NCBI GenBank assembly: GCA_029935455.1
Contig: JAOZKI010000002.1
Coordinates: 17,294-81,293 of the forward strand
Direction: 5' to 3'
Source: Lysobacterales bacterium
GTDB taxonomy: Bacteria; Pseudomonadota; Gammaproteobacteria; Xanthomonadales; SZUA-36
DNA length: 64,000 bases
This document shows positions 10,865-20,729 of the stretch, piece by piece. Each line of letters opens with the position of its first letter. The stretch's first letter is position 1. Both the position numbers and the translations under genes were made by a program. A model generated the notes under the pieces. The model saw only the letters and a program-made list of their open reading frames with translations. It was not told where the DNA came from and did no database searches.

Positions 10865-12576
10865 CAGAGCTGCGCGTCCGTCACTGACTGGGACCGCAAC
10901 AGATACATATTTTTGCTGTAGTGGTGGTCCATCACGTTGCTTTCCCAGCCGCGCAGATGCGGGTCCACCAGGCGCTTGGTCACATAGGTGTAGATGGGAA
11001 TAATCGGCACCTCCTCCAGCAGCACCCGCTCCGCTTCCTGCATGAGTCGCCGCCGTCGTGCGGGAATGCGCTCAGCCGCAATCTGTCCGAGCAAGGAATC
11101 ATACAGACTGTTGCTGTAACCATAGTCATTCTGACCATGACCGGTGCGGAACATCTCCAGAAAACTGAACGGGTCGTTGTAATCACCGATCCAGTTGGCC
11201 CGAAACACCTGCGTCAGCACCTTCTGCTGGCGGTTCTGCAGAAAAACCTTCCATTCCTCGTTAATCAGCGTGGTTTCTACGCCCAGCACCTGCTTCCACA
11301 TGGAGGCGACAGCCAGCGCAATCTTCTTATGGTTTTCGCTGGTGTTGTAGCGGATTTCAATGCGCAGGGGATCAGCTTCCGAATAGCCCGCGGCCGCGTA
11401 CAGTGCTTGCGCCGCAACATTGCGCTCCTCCTGTGTCCAGGAAGCATACTCCGGCAGGGGTGAGACGTACTCGCCAATACCGGGCGGCACCAGCGTAAAG
11501 GAAGGTTGCTCGCCAAACTGGGTCACTTTCTCCGTGAGCAGCGTGCGATCAACGGCCAGCACCAGAGCTTCGCGCAGCTGCGGACTGGCAATGAACGGTT
11601 CCCGCAGCAAGTTAAAGCCGAGGAAGTAAGAACCCATCCAGGGGCTGATCACCAGCTCCTTTGCGTAGTGCTCACGCAGCCATTGAAACTGGTTGTTGGG
11701 GACCTCGTGGGTCCACTGCAAGCGCCCGGCACGAAACTGCTTGAGGGCCGTAGACTGATCCTCAAACGGGTAGTAAATCACCTGCTCCAGCAGCGTTGCC
11801 TGATCGTTCCAGTACTCACGATTACGCTGCAGGGTCACCTTGGAGCGCACAACCCAGTCCGCCAGCACAAAGGCCCCGTTTGAAACCAGATTGCCCGGCC
11901 GGGGATACTTATCTCCGAAACGCTCAACGCTGGCCCGGTGCACGGGATAGGTAGAAGAGTGGGCCAGCAGCGACAACAGGTAGGGCGTGGGGGCAGCCAG
12001 ACGAATCTGCAGGATGCGCTCATCCAGCGCGCTCACGCCCAGCGCCTCCGGCGGTTCGGTGCCAGCCAGCACGGCATCCGCCTGCGCGATCGGTAGCAGA
12101 ATATTGGAAAGCGTCGAGGCCGTGGCCGGGTCCGCACTGCGCCGCAGCGACCAGACAAAATCCTCCGCCAGCAGCGGATCACCATTGGACCAGCGGGCGT
12201 CCCGACGCAGGTAGAACGTGTAGGTCAGGCCGTCACGGCTGATATTCCAGCGCTCGGCCACGCCGGGCACAATCCGCCCATCGGGCGCTTCGCTGGTCAG
12301 ACCTTCGAAGAGGTCGCGCAGAATATTTGCCGAAGGCACATCTTCCGCCAGATGGGGGTCCAGCGTTTGCGGTTCACTGCCATTGCCACGATGCAGCACC
12401 TGTTCGGCCGCCAGCACGGAAGGATCCGGCCGCCCATCGGCGTCGAGTACCAGCGCCACGGGCTGACGGCTCAGCGAGCGGTCCCGGGGCGCACCGTCCT
12501 CACCACCGCCGCAGGCCAGCAGCAGTAGCGGTAGCAGCCAAAGCAGTTGGCCGGCCATTGATTGGCGCTGGTTCAC
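10864..12576 (-). CDS. Family-5 (peptide/nickel) solute-binding lipoprotein
   Basis: 570 aa with a lipobox LLLLACGG after a hydrophobic signal. Size and composition fit OppA/DppA-type binding proteins. The GTG start overlaps the upstream stop (GTGA); ATG 12558 is an alternative start. Confidence 0.85.
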   Translation of the reverse strand: MNQRQSMAGQLLWLLPLLLLACGGGEDGAPRDRSLSRQPVALVLDADGRPDPSVLAAEQVLHRGNGSEPQTLDPHLAEDVPSANILRDLFEGLTSEAPDGRIVPGVAERWNISRDGLTYTFYLRRDARWSNGDPLLAEDFVWSLRRSADPATASTLSNILLPIAQADAVLAGTEPPEALGVSALDERILQIRLAAPTPYLLSLLAHSSTYPVHRASVERFGDKYPRPGNLVSNGAFVLADWVVRSKVTLQRNREYWNDQATLLEQVIYYPFEDQSTALKQFRAGRLQWTHEVPNNQFQWLREHYAKELVISPWMGSYFLGFNLLREPFIASPQLREALVLAVDRTLLTEKVTQFGEQPSFTLVPPGIGEYVSPLPEYASWTQEERNVAAQALYAAAGYSEADPLRIEIRYNTSENHKKIALAVASMWKQVLGVETTLINEEWKVFLQNRQQKVLTQVFRANWIGDYNDPFSFLEMFRTGHGQNDYGYSNSLYDSLLGQIAAERIPARRRRLMQEAERVLLEEVPIIPIYTYVTKRLVDPHLRGWESNVMDHHYSKNMYLLRSQSVTDAQL

Positions 12577-14147
12577 GGCGCTCCCAGAGTCAAATGCCGC
12601 GACAGATGTACGTCGCGCGGATTGTTAATAAAACCACGCACCCGGGGATCAACCAGGTGCCTGGATACATAAGTGTAGAGCGGGATGACGGGCGTGTCGC
12701 GCAGGAGCAACTGTTCGGCCTGGCGCAGCAGCGCCAGACGCTGGCCGGCGGCTGCCGTGGCAGCATCCTCCAGCAGCTGATCGTAGTCCTGGTTGCGGTA
12801 AAAGCTGCTATTTAACGCATCATCGCTGCGAAACAGCTCGAGAAAAGACACAGGATCGGCGTAGTCGGCAATCCAACCGCCGCGAAACACCTGGGTCAGC
12901 GTACCCTGAGCGCGGTTGTTCACGAATACCTTCCATTCCTCATGCAGCAATTCGGTGCGTACACCCAGAGCCTGCTTCCACATGGCCGCTACGGCCACCG
13001 CCATGCGCCGATGGGTCGCTGAGGTGTTGAAACGCAGCTGGATACGCAAGGGTTTTTGCTCTGAGTAACCAGCGCGCTCGTAAAGCGTGCGGGCGCGCTG
13101 CAGCCGTTGCTGATCAGACCAGCGCCGCGCCGGCTCCTGCGGCGTCTGGTAACCCGCCAGCCCATCCGGCACCAGGCTCCAGGCAGGCTGCTCACCGGCA
13201 CCCATGACCACGCGCGTCAGAACCTCGCGGTCTATGGCCAGCGACAGGGCCCGGCGCAGACCGGGCTTATTAGCCAGCGGCGGCCGGGAGAGATTCAGAC
13301 CCAACCAGAAGCTACCCATGTAAGGCGCCACGCGCAGCGCGTCCGCATAGTTCTCCGCCAGCCAGTCATGTCGCCCCGGCGGAATCGTTTCCGTGATATG
13401 CAGGGCGCCGGCACGAAACTGGGACAACTCGGTGCCCGGATCCTCAATCGGCACATACTCCACCTGCTCCAGCGCCACCTCATGAACGCTGTGAAAGCGC
13501 GGGTTGCGTTGCAAACGTAGATAGGCCCGCGGCACATGCTCCTGCAGGAGGAAGGCACCGTTAACGGGTCGCTCGCGCACACTCGCGCCCAGCTGCGCAT
13601 GCAGCGGGAAGGTGACCGGATGGGTCAGCAGCTCCAGAAACCAGGGCGTCGGACGCTCCAGCTCGACGCTGAGCCGATGAGGCCCCGGCGCACTAATCGC
13701 CAGCGTAGCGGCGGCCGCACGTCCCTCAATCACCGCCTGGGCACCGCGAACGGGTAGCAGCAAGGATGCGGTCCGGGCCTGTGACTCGGGTGCCAGAGCA
13801 CGCTGCCAGCCGCGAATGAAATCATCAGCGGTCAGCGGGTCGCCATTGGACCATTGCGCGTCCTCACGGAGCGTAAATTCCAGCCGCAAACCATCGTCGG
13901 ACTGGCGCCAGCTCTCGGCTACGCCCGGCATCAACTCGCCCGCCGCGTCCAGACTCAGCAGGCCCTCATGCGTATCGCGCAGTACCTGCAAGGCCGCCAG
14001 CCCCTGCGCCTGGTGAATGTCCAGCGAGTCGGGCTCAGGCCCGAGTCCGCGACGTAGCGGTTCAGCCATAGCCGGCCCGGGCGCCAGCAGGCACAGCAAC
14101 AGAATTTGAAGTGCATAACAGCGACGATGGCGGAAAAACTTGGACAA
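12573..14147 (-). CDS. Family-5 (peptide/nickel) solute-binding protein, Sec-exported
   Basis: 524 aa with the signal peptide LLLCLLAPGPAMA-EP and no lipobox Cys. It is a paralogue of the downstream binding protein and shares segments such as WSNGDPL and HEEWKVF. Confidence 0.85.
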   Translation of the reverse strand: MSKFFRHRRCYALQILLLCLLAPGPAMAEPLRRGLGPEPDSLDIHQAQGLAALQVLRDTHEGLLSLDAAGELMPGVAESWRQSDDGLRLEFTLREDAQWSNGDPLTADDFIRGWQRALAPESQARTASLLLPVRGAQAVIEGRAAAATLAISAPGPHRLSVELERPTPWFLELLTHPVTFPLHAQLGASVRERPVNGAFLLQEHVPRAYLRLQRNPRFHSVHEVALEQVEYVPIEDPGTELSQFRAGALHITETIPPGRHDWLAENYADALRVAPYMGSFWLGLNLSRPPLANKPGLRRALSLAIDREVLTRVVMGAGEQPAWSLVPDGLAGYQTPQEPARRWSDQQRLQRARTLYERAGYSEQKPLRIQLRFNTSATHRRMAVAVAAMWKQALGVRTELLHEEWKVFVNNRAQGTLTQVFRGGWIADYADPVSFLELFRSDDALNSSFYRNQDYDQLLEDAATAAAGQRLALLRQAEQLLLRDTPVIPLYTYVSRHLVDPRVRGFINNPRDVHLSRHLTLGAP

Positions 14148-14212
14148 GGGAACAGGTTTCCTGAGTGTTTGCGTGTATCCTAATCCATTGAGAGGGAGCA
14201 GGAGATACCGCT

Positions 14213-15577
14213 TTGGCGGGACACGCAGAAAGCCCGGTGGTCAACAGCCGGCAGGAACTGATTGAATACCTGGAATCGGGCTGCAAGCCCGCGGATCAGT
14301 GGCGTCTGGGCACGGAGCACGAAAAGTTCGGCTTCACCCGCAGCGACCTGCGGCCCCTGTCCTATGAGGGTCCGGCGGGAATCGAAGCGGTGCTCACGGG
14401 CCTGGCCAACCAGTTCGGGTGGCAGCCCCAGGAAGAGAACGGCAAGGTCATCGCGTTGCTGGACGCTACGGGCGCTTCCATTACGCTGGAACCAGGCGGA
14501 CAGCTGGAGCTTTCCGGCGCGTTGCTGGAAGACATTCATATGACCTGTCGTGAAGTGTCGACCCATCTGCAACAGGTCAAGACGGTAGCGGAGCCGCTGG
14601 ACGTGGCGTTCCTCGGCATGGGCTTCCAGCCCAAGTGGCGCCGGGAAGACATTCACTGGATGCCGAAAGACCGCTATCGGATTATGCGGTCCTACATGCC
14701 CAAGGTGGGCAGCATGGGCCTGGATATGATGACCCGCACCTGTACCGTGCAGGTCAATCTCGACTTCGGCTCCGAGCAGGATATGGTCAAGAAATTCCGC
14801 ACCTCGCTGGCGCTGCAGCCGATCGCCACTGCCCTGTTCGCCAACTCACCTTTTTACGAGGGCGCGGACAGCGGCTTTGTCAGCTACCGCTCACACGTTT
14901 GGGAGGACACGGATCCGGACCGGACGGGCATGTTGCCGTGGGTGTTCAGCGGTGAAATGGGCTTTGCGAAATACGTGGACTACATGCTCGATGTGCCCAT
15001 GTATTTCGTGTACCGCGATGGCCAGTATCTGGATGCCTCGGGCCAATCCTTCCGCGACTTTCTGCGCGGCAAACTGCCAGCCCTGCCCGGCGAGCTGCCG
15101 CGCCTGAAAGACTGGGAAGATCACCTCACCACCGCATTCCCGGAAGTGCGCCTGAAGCGTTTCCTGGAAATGCGCGGCGCTGATGGCGGACCCTGGCGAC
15201 GACTGTGCGCCTTGCCAGCGCTATGGGCCGGGCTGCTCTACCACGGCCCCTCACTGGATGCGGCCTGGGACCTGGCCGCCGACTGGTCCATGGAGGAACG
15301 CCAGCAACTGCGGCGCGATGCGGCAAAGTCGGGACTGCGAGCCAGCGTGCGCGGCCGCAGCGTACAGTCCCTGGCACAGGAAGTGCTGGAGATTGCCCGC
15401 GAAGGTCTAAAAGCCCGCAACCGACTCGACGGTTCCGGCGCCAACGAAACGGGTTTTCTGGCGCCGCTACAGGATTCAGCGGACAGTGGCCTGACGCCCG
15501 CCGACCGCAAACTGCGTCTGTTCAAGGAGCAGTGGAAGGGTGATCTGCGGCCGCTGTTTGAGGACTTTGCCTACTAG
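14213..15577 (+). CDS. gshA: Glutamate--cysteine ligase, plant-type (GCS2 family)
   Basis: 454 aa. The N-terminal WRLGTEHEKFGF segment and overall length fit the plant/alpha-proteobacterial/xanthomonad-type GCL. TTG start at 14213 is preceded by GGAGCAGGAG. Confidence 0.85.
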   Translation: MAGHAESPVVNSRQELIEYLESGCKPADQWRLGTEHEKFGFTRSDLRPLSYEGPAGIEAVLTGLANQFGWQPQEENGKVIALLDATGASITLEPGGQLELSGALLEDIHMTCREVSTHLQQVKTVAEPLDVAFLGMGFQPKWRREDIHWMPKDRYRIMRSYMPKVGSMGLDMMTRTCTVQVNLDFGSEQDMVKKFRTSLALQPIATALFANSPFYEGADSGFVSYRSHVWEDTDPDRTGMLPWVFSGEMGFAKYVDYMLDVPMYFVYRDGQYLDASGQSFRDFLRGKLPALPGELPRLKDWEDHLTTAFPEVRLKRFLEMRGADGGPWRRLCALPALWAGLLYHGPSLDAAWDLAADWSMEERQQLRRDAAKSGLRASVRGRSVQSLAQEVLEIAREGLKARNRLDGSGANETGFLAPLQDSADSGLTPADRKLRLFKEQWKGDLRPLFEDFAY

Positions 15578-15594
15578 CAGCACCCGCACCGTCT

Positions 15595-15999
15595 CTATTC
15601 GACTTTCCAGATCACCAGCTTCCAGTCTTCACGGTTCTTGGAGCTGTGGTCATAGCCGATCCAGTAGGTCTTGCCGGCCTCGAAATCCGCTTCCAGTGGC
15701 GCCACGCGCACGTCCTGACGACCGCGCACGACCTTACAAAAGGTGGTGTCTACCGCTACCGAGCCGGACAGGCTGTGACGGCCGGGGCTGAGTTCAAAGG
15801 CCTGCGGCGAGACGAACTTTTCCTTGCCGTCGATCTGTTGGATCGCGACCCGCGACAGGCACTCTGACGGCTTCGCCACCTGGGTAATGATGCGCGCTTT
15901 ACCGTCCCTGTCGTTCGCCTGAGCGACCGAGAAAGCTAACGCCATGGTCAGCACCAGCAGGACGCGCAAAGTGCAGCGGGGAAATCTTTTCATGCTCAT
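15595..15999 (-). CDS. Exported protein of unknown function
   Basis: 134 aa with the Sec signal LLVLTMALAFSVAQA-ND. No recognisable motif. Confidence 0.6.
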   Translation of the reverse strand: MSMKRFPRCTLRVLLVLTMALAFSVAQANDRDGKARIITQVAKPSECLSRVAIQQIDGKEKFVSPQAFELSPGRHSLSGSVAVDTTFCKVVRGRQDVRVAPLEADFEAGKTYWIGYDHSSKNREDWKLVIWKVE

Positions 16000-16107
16000 T
16001 TAAATGCCCTCAGTGTCGATCGCAGGCCGATTTGGCCCAGCATGCGCTAGCCTGCCGCAAGCGCCCTGAATAGAAGCTGAACGGGCATGACTTCGGGAAG
16101 CAGCCGG

Positions 16108-18846
16108 CTAGAAAGGCAGCTCCAGATCATCGCGCACCGCCAGCAACTGCGCCCGGAAGGCGGCCTGGACGCGGCGCAGCGCATCCTCGCTATCCGCATC
16201 GAACCGCAGCACCAGAATCGGTGTGGTGTTGGACGCACGCACCAGACCCCAGCTGTCGGCGAAATCCGCCCGTACCCCGTCGATGGTATTGATGCGGGCG
16301 CCGGGGAAACTGGCGCTTTTCTGGAACTGGGCAATGAAGTCGTGATTCTCACCCTCGCGCATGTGCACCTTAAGCTCCGGCGTGCTCACCGAGTTGGGCA
16401 GCGCCGCTAGCACGTCCACCGGCTTGCCTTCTTCGCGCGAAAGCAGCTCCAGAAGCCGGCAGGCGGAGTAGATACCGCAGTCAAAGCCGTACCAGCGGTC
16501 CTTGAAGAAAAAGTGGCCTGACATTTCGCCGGCAAAAGGCGCGTCTACTTCTTTCATACGGTTTTTGATCAGGGAGTGGCCGGTTTTATACATCTCCGGC
16601 ACCCCGCCGGCGGCCTCAATGATCCCGTGTAGATGGCCGGTACATTTCACATCGTAGATGATGGTTTGCCCGGGATGACGGCTGAGAATCTCGCGGATAA
16701 ACAGCATCATGAGGCGATCAGAGAAAATAATCTCGCCATCCGGCGTTACCACGCCCAGGCGATCTGCATCACCATCAAAGGCCACGCCCAGATCGGCACC
16801 CGTATGCTTGACCGAATGAATCAGGTCGGTCAGGTTCTTGGGCTCACTCGGATCCGGATGGTGATTCGGGAAATCGCCATCGACTTCTTCATAGAGCGTG
16901 ATCACCTCAGCGCCCACCGCACGCAGGATGTCTCCCATGCAGCTACCGCCGATGCCATTCCCTGCATCGGCCACAATGCGCAGCGGCCGCGCCAGTTTCA
17001 CATCACCGGCAATTCGCGCCTGGTAGGCAGTCAACATTTCCCGCTGGCTCACGTTCCCTGCGCCGTTGCGTAGATTGCCGGAACGGATGCGTTCGTAGAG
17101 TCCATAAATGTTATCGCCAGCCAGCGTGCGGCCCCCGATCATGATTTTCAGGCCGTTATACTCCGGCGGGTTGTGGCTGCCGGTGACCATGACCCCGGAG
17201 CCCTGACCCAGTTCATAGGCCGAGTAATAGAGCGCGCCCGTGGGCACGGCCCCGATGTCGATCACATCACAGCCGGCGGCAGCGATGCCCTCCACCAGGC
17301 CAGCCACCAGATCCGGGCCCGAGTGGCGCCCGTCGCGACCCACCACTACCGGCGTTGCGAGACTGTCCAGCGCGAGGCTGCCAACGGCCAGGCCGATCTG
17401 CCGGGCCACCTCCCGATCCAGCGTCTCGCCGACCACACCGCGGATATCGTAGGCGCGGAAAATTTCGCTGCTCAGCAGCACCTTTTGTTCTTGCACACCG
17501 GGTTCCTTTGCCGTTGCGGTCTGCGTACCGCTTGGTTGGTTGATGGGCGCATCAGTGCCTGGATCCGTGGCCGCACTCGGGGGCGTCGGGCCAAGATCAA
17601 GGGTAGCCGGCTGGGAAATACGCGGAACGGCGGGCGCATCATCGTTAGGCAACACCGAACCGGGTTCCGCTACCGCATCACCCAGCGCGCTGGCTGGTAC
17701 TTCCGTAGCGCGCGAACCCGTATCCGGGTCGCTGCTTTCCACATCAAGATTCGGCAATGTCAAACGGCGCTCACCGGGACCTACCAGCGGCGGATCCTGC
17801 TCGGGCCGTGGCGGGGTTGTGGGGATGGTCGGACGCGCCCGACGCACACGGGACTTGGCCCGCTTGGACATGGGTTCTTCGTCGGGGCTCTTACCGGCCA
17901 GGCGCTGCTCCATCTGCAAGGTGCGACCGCCCGCCAAAGTCGGGGGCAGCTGATCACCCGAGCGGGTCGCTTCAAACTCTCGTAAGTTCGGCTCAGCTTT
18001 CGATGCCGCCGCGGCGCTGCGGCGCAATTGCGCAAAGCGCACAAGAGCGACCAGCAAGAGCAGAACGCCGACCAGCAGCAGAACGTTCTGCTGCACGCCG
18101 CCAAGCACGCGATCGGCGCGATTCTGTGGCACCACCACCCGCAGCAGGGAACCCGTTACCGGTACTCGCTCAAGCTCATAGCCCGCCGGCATGCGCCCAA
18201 TCTCCTTCAGGCGCACCGGCGCATTGGCTCCGGTTGCGTGCTCCAGACCGAGATAACCGGCGGCCGGCGTAGCCACATTGAACCGATTCAGCAGAAAGCT
18301 GGGATCCAGGTACACCAGCACGAAGCCCTTGCCTTGCACGGCTCGACCAATGGTGGCCGCCGCAGCCAAATAACTCAGACCCTGATCCTGGATTAACTGC
18401 ACCGGCGAAATCTGGTCATCCAGAGCAGTGGCCATCATATCGAGCATGACGAAACCACTGCTGCCCATGGCGTTGAGGTCGGTCATGAACACCTCATTGC
18501 CGTAGACGTGCACATCGGTGACCTCAGGGATCAAGCGGCGCATTTCACGCAGCAGTTCCGAAGACAGGATTTCGCGATTACTCAGGGCTTCGGCACGTTC
18601 CTGAACGCCTTCCGAACGCAGCATCTCGTGAATTTCAGCGGCAGGCCGGGCAAGCTCCCGCACCACCTCGCGCCCCTGATCCAGGGCCGCTTCACGTTCG
18701 CGAACATCAGCGTTGACCCCAACGCGCGCCCAGGCTGCGATGGCCAGAATGAGAATACCGGCCAGCAGATACGGCCAGGGGGCCGCCAGTACCGTGTTGG
18801 AAGGCAGTCTTCCGTGGACGCTTTCGCCGAGTGTTTTCTTCGCCAT
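16108..18846 (-). CDS. algC: Phosphomannomutase/phosphoglucomutase, long form with about 455-aa N-terminal membrane extension
   Basis: The C-terminal half has the phosphoserine loop TGSHNPPEYNG, the Mg loop FDGDADRLG and the sugar loop GEMSGH. The N-terminal half has two hydrophobic helices and a Pro/charge-rich linker. It sits downstream of dut, as algC does in Pseudomonas. Confidence 0.85.
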   Translation of the reverse strand: MAKKTLGESVHGRLPSNTVLAAPWPYLLAGILILAIAAWARVGVNADVREREAALDQGREVVRELARPAAEIHEMLRSEGVQERAEALSNREILSSELLREMRRLIPEVTDVHVYGNEVFMTDLNAMGSSGFVMLDMMATALDDQISPVQLIQDQGLSYLAAAATIGRAVQGKGFVLVYLDPSFLLNRFNVATPAAGYLGLEHATGANAPVRLKEIGRMPAGYELERVPVTGSLLRVVVPQNRADRVLGGVQQNVLLLVGVLLLLVALVRFAQLRRSAAAASKAEPNLREFEATRSGDQLPPTLAGGRTLQMEQRLAGKSPDEEPMSKRAKSRVRRARPTIPTTPPRPEQDPPLVGPGERRLTLPNLDVESSDPDTGSRATEVPASALGDAVAEPGSVLPNDDAPAVPRISQPATLDLGPTPPSAATDPGTDAPINQPSGTQTATAKEPGVQEQKVLLSSEIFRAYDIRGVVGETLDREVARQIGLAVGSLALDSLATPVVVGRDGRHSGPDLVAGLVEGIAAAGCDVIDIGAVPTGALYYSAYELGQGSGVMVTGSHNPPEYNGLKIMIGGRTLAGDNIYGLYERIRSGNLRNGAGNVSQREMLTAYQARIAGDVKLARPLRIVADAGNGIGGSCMGDILRAVGAEVITLYEEVDGDFPNHHPDPSEPKNLTDLIHSVKHTGADLGVAFDGDADRLGVVTPDGEIIFSDRLMMLFIREILSRHPGQTIIYDVKCTGHLHGIIEAAGGVPEMYKTGHSLIKNRMKEVDAPFAGEMSGHFFFKDRWYGFDCGIYSACRLLELLSREEGKPVDVLAALPNSVSTPELKVHMREGENHDFIAQFQKSASFPGARINTIDGVRADFADSWGLVRASNTTPILVLRFDADSEDALRRVQAAFRAQLLAVRDDLELPF

Positions 18847-18849
18847 TGC

Positions 18850-19323
18850 TCAGCTCCTGCCGGTATGTCCGAAACCGCCCGCACCGCGGTCGGTTGCCTC
18901 GAAGTCAGAGACCAGCTCCCAGTCCGCCTGCAGCACCGGCACAATCACCAGCTGTGCCAGCCGCGCGCCAGTCTCGATCACAAAAGGCTCGGAAGACCGG
19001 TTCCAACACGACACGTAGAGCTGGCCCTGATAGTCGCTGTCAATCAGCCCCACCAGATTACCCAGCACAATGCCGTGCTTGTGACCCATACCCGAGCGCG
19101 GCAGGATCATGGCGGCGAGACCCGGATCAGACAGATGCATAGCAAAACCGGTGGGGATCAACTCCGTGGCGCCGGGCGCAAGGTGCAGATCCTGCTCCAG
19201 CATGGCGCGCAGATCCATACCCGCAGAACCTGAGGTGGCATAGTCCGGCAGCGGAAACTCGTTACCGAGTCGCGCATCCAGGATCCGCATCTGCACGGTT
19301 GGCCTGTCGTTAGAACGCCCCAT
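18850..19323 (-). CDS. dut: dUTP diphosphatase
   Basis: Motifs [13 protein letters not shown] and GLIDSDYQG. The ATG at 19323 is preceded by GGGAGGGG at good spacing. The track start (19350) and ATG 19290 are alternatives. Confidence 0.9.
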   Translation of the reverse strand: MGRSNDRPTVQMRILDARLGNEFPLPDYATSGSAGMDLRAMLEQDLHLAPGATELIPTGFAMHLSDPGLAAMILPRSGMGHKHGIVLGNLVGLIDSDYQGQLYVSCWNRSSEPFVIETGARLAQLVIVPVLQADWELVSDFEATDRGAGGFGHTGRS

Positions 19324-19466
19324 CAAACCCCTCCCAATTCCCGGTAACACAGCGAGATTGACTGTTGTATGTGTTCGTCGGCGAGCTGCCGCGATCGCTA
19401 CTATACCAAGGCCCGCGATGCAGCACTCGCCAGAAAATTCTTACGCGACAGCGAGCGCACGGCCAG

Positions 19467-20144
19467 ATGGCAGAACCAGGGCCTGTCGGCACACTTGGCG
19501 CTATGGCCAAGCTCAAAGCAATAAGCTGCCGCACCCGCGCCCGGGACGTCAAGCTGCTGACGGAATTGCTGGCACCCAGCCTGGGCCTGCGCCAGGCCCA
19601 TCGCGCCGCTGACCAAGCGCTGCGTGCTTGTGGCAATCTGAGCGGCCTCGCGCGCATGTCCGCCACGCAACTGTGCCAGCTGCCCGGCTGGGACCGCGAT
19701 AGCGCGAACATTATCGATAGCGCCAGAACCCTGGTGCAGCTCCAGCTCGAGTGCCGTCTCATCCGCGGTCGACCGCTAACCCGCCCGGAGCAGGCGGAAC
19801 GCTACCTGCGCACATCCATGGCCCATCGCCGACGTGAGATCTTCAGCTGCCTGTTCCTCGACGTACAGCATCGGGTGCTGGCCTGCGAGGAGCTCTTCAA
19901 GGGTTCCCTTAGCGGGACGAGCGTGTACCCGCGGGTGGTGGCCGAACGAGCTCTGCTGCTGGGCGCAGCCGCAGTCATCGTGGCTCACAATCATCCGTCA
20001 GGCACCACCGACCCAAGCACCGCAGATCGGGCTATTAGCAGTCGGCTCAGCAAGGCGCTTGCACTGCTGGACATCCGTTTACTGGACCACTTCATCATCG
20101 GCGACGGTCGCGCCGTGTCCATGGCCCGCCGGGGTCTGCTGTGA
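19467..20144 (+). CDS. radC: RadC-family JAMM-motif protein
   Basis: C-terminal HNHPSG-TDPS motif. The start is uncertain: 19467 gives a typical length of about 225 aa, and 19365 or 19503 are alternatives. Confidence 0.8.
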   Translation: MAEPGPVGTLGAMAKLKAISCRTRARDVKLLTELLAPSLGLRQAHRAADQALRACGNLSGLARMSATQLCQLPGWDRDSANIIDSARTLVQLQLECRLIRGRPLTRPEQAERYLRTSMAHRRREIFSCLFLDVQHRVLACEELFKGSLSGTSVYPRVVAERALLLGAAAVIVAHNHPSGTTDPSTADRAISSRLSKALALLDIRLLDHFIIGDGRAVSMARRGLL

Positions 20145-20179
20145 AGCGGCAAAATCGGTGGCAAATTTGCGCCGAAAAC

Positions 20180-20208
20180 TTGCGCATGCGCCATGATTGG
20201 GGTATAAA
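20180..20208 (+). promoter_or_regulatory. Candidate sigma-70 promoter of rpmB-rpmG
   Basis: TTGCGC-17 nt-TATAAA, about 40 nt upstream of the rpmB ATG. Confidence 0.4.
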
Positions 20209-20249
20209 GTGCGGCTCTTTTTTGCACCAGAACACTCGGGAATAGACCC

Positions 20250-20486
20250 ATGTCCAGAATTTGTCAGGTCACCGGCAAAAAACCGATGACCGGTAACAAC
20301 GTGTCGCACTCTAACATCAAGAGCAAGCGTCGCTTCCTGCCCAACCTCCACACCCACCGTTTCTGGGTGGAAAGCGAGAACCGTTGGGTGAAACTCCGTG
20401 TATCCACGAAAGGCCTGCGCATTATCGACAAGAAAGGCATCGACGCCGTTCTGACCGATCTGCGCGCCCGTGGCGAAAAAGTCTGA
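20250..20486 (+). CDS. rpmB: 50S ribosomal protein L28
   Basis: 78 aa, [29 protein letters not shown]. Confidence 0.95.
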   Translation: MSRICQVTGKKPMTGNNVSHSNIKSKRRFLPNLHTHRFWVESENRWVKLRVSTKGLRIIDKKGIDAVLTDLRARGEKV

Positions 20487-20501
20487 CGCGAGGATCCTTT
20501 C

Positions 20502-20669
20502 ATGGCCAAGTCAAACCGCGAAAAAATCCGTCTAGTGTCCAGCGCGGACACGGGACATTTCTACACCACCGACAAGAACAAGAAGACCATGCCTGGCAAG
20601 ATGGAGATCAAGAAATTTGATCCCGTCGTGCGCAAGCATGTGATCTACAAGGAAGCCAAGATTAAGTAA
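20502..20669 (+). CDS. rpmG: 50S ribosomal protein L33
   Basis: Not in the ORF track (55 aa). Read directly as [55 protein letters not shown], starting 15 nt after rpmB. Confidence 0.93.
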   Translation: MAKSNREKIRLVSSADTGHFYTTDKNKKTMPGKMEIKKFDPVVRKHVIYKEAKIK

Positions 20670-20693
20670 ATCTTTGCTTGCCGTTCTGTTGCG

Positions 20694-20723
20694 AAAAAAC
20701 CCGCTCTCGTAGCGGGTTTTTTT
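20694..20723. terminator. Bidirectional rho-independent terminator
   Basis: AAAAAA-ACCCGCT-CTCGT-AGCGGGT-TTTTTT between convergent rpmG and the hydantoinase-like gene. Confidence 0.7.
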
Positions 20724-20729
20724 GTGGTC

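Noticed and set aside
17540-17953. Several ORFs on both strands inside the algC linker region. Could the Pro-rich part be a separate gene?
   Set aside because: The 912-aa frame is continuous from the membrane module into the PMM domain with no internal stop. The other frames are low-complexity artefacts. An internal translation start remains possible and is noted in the finding.
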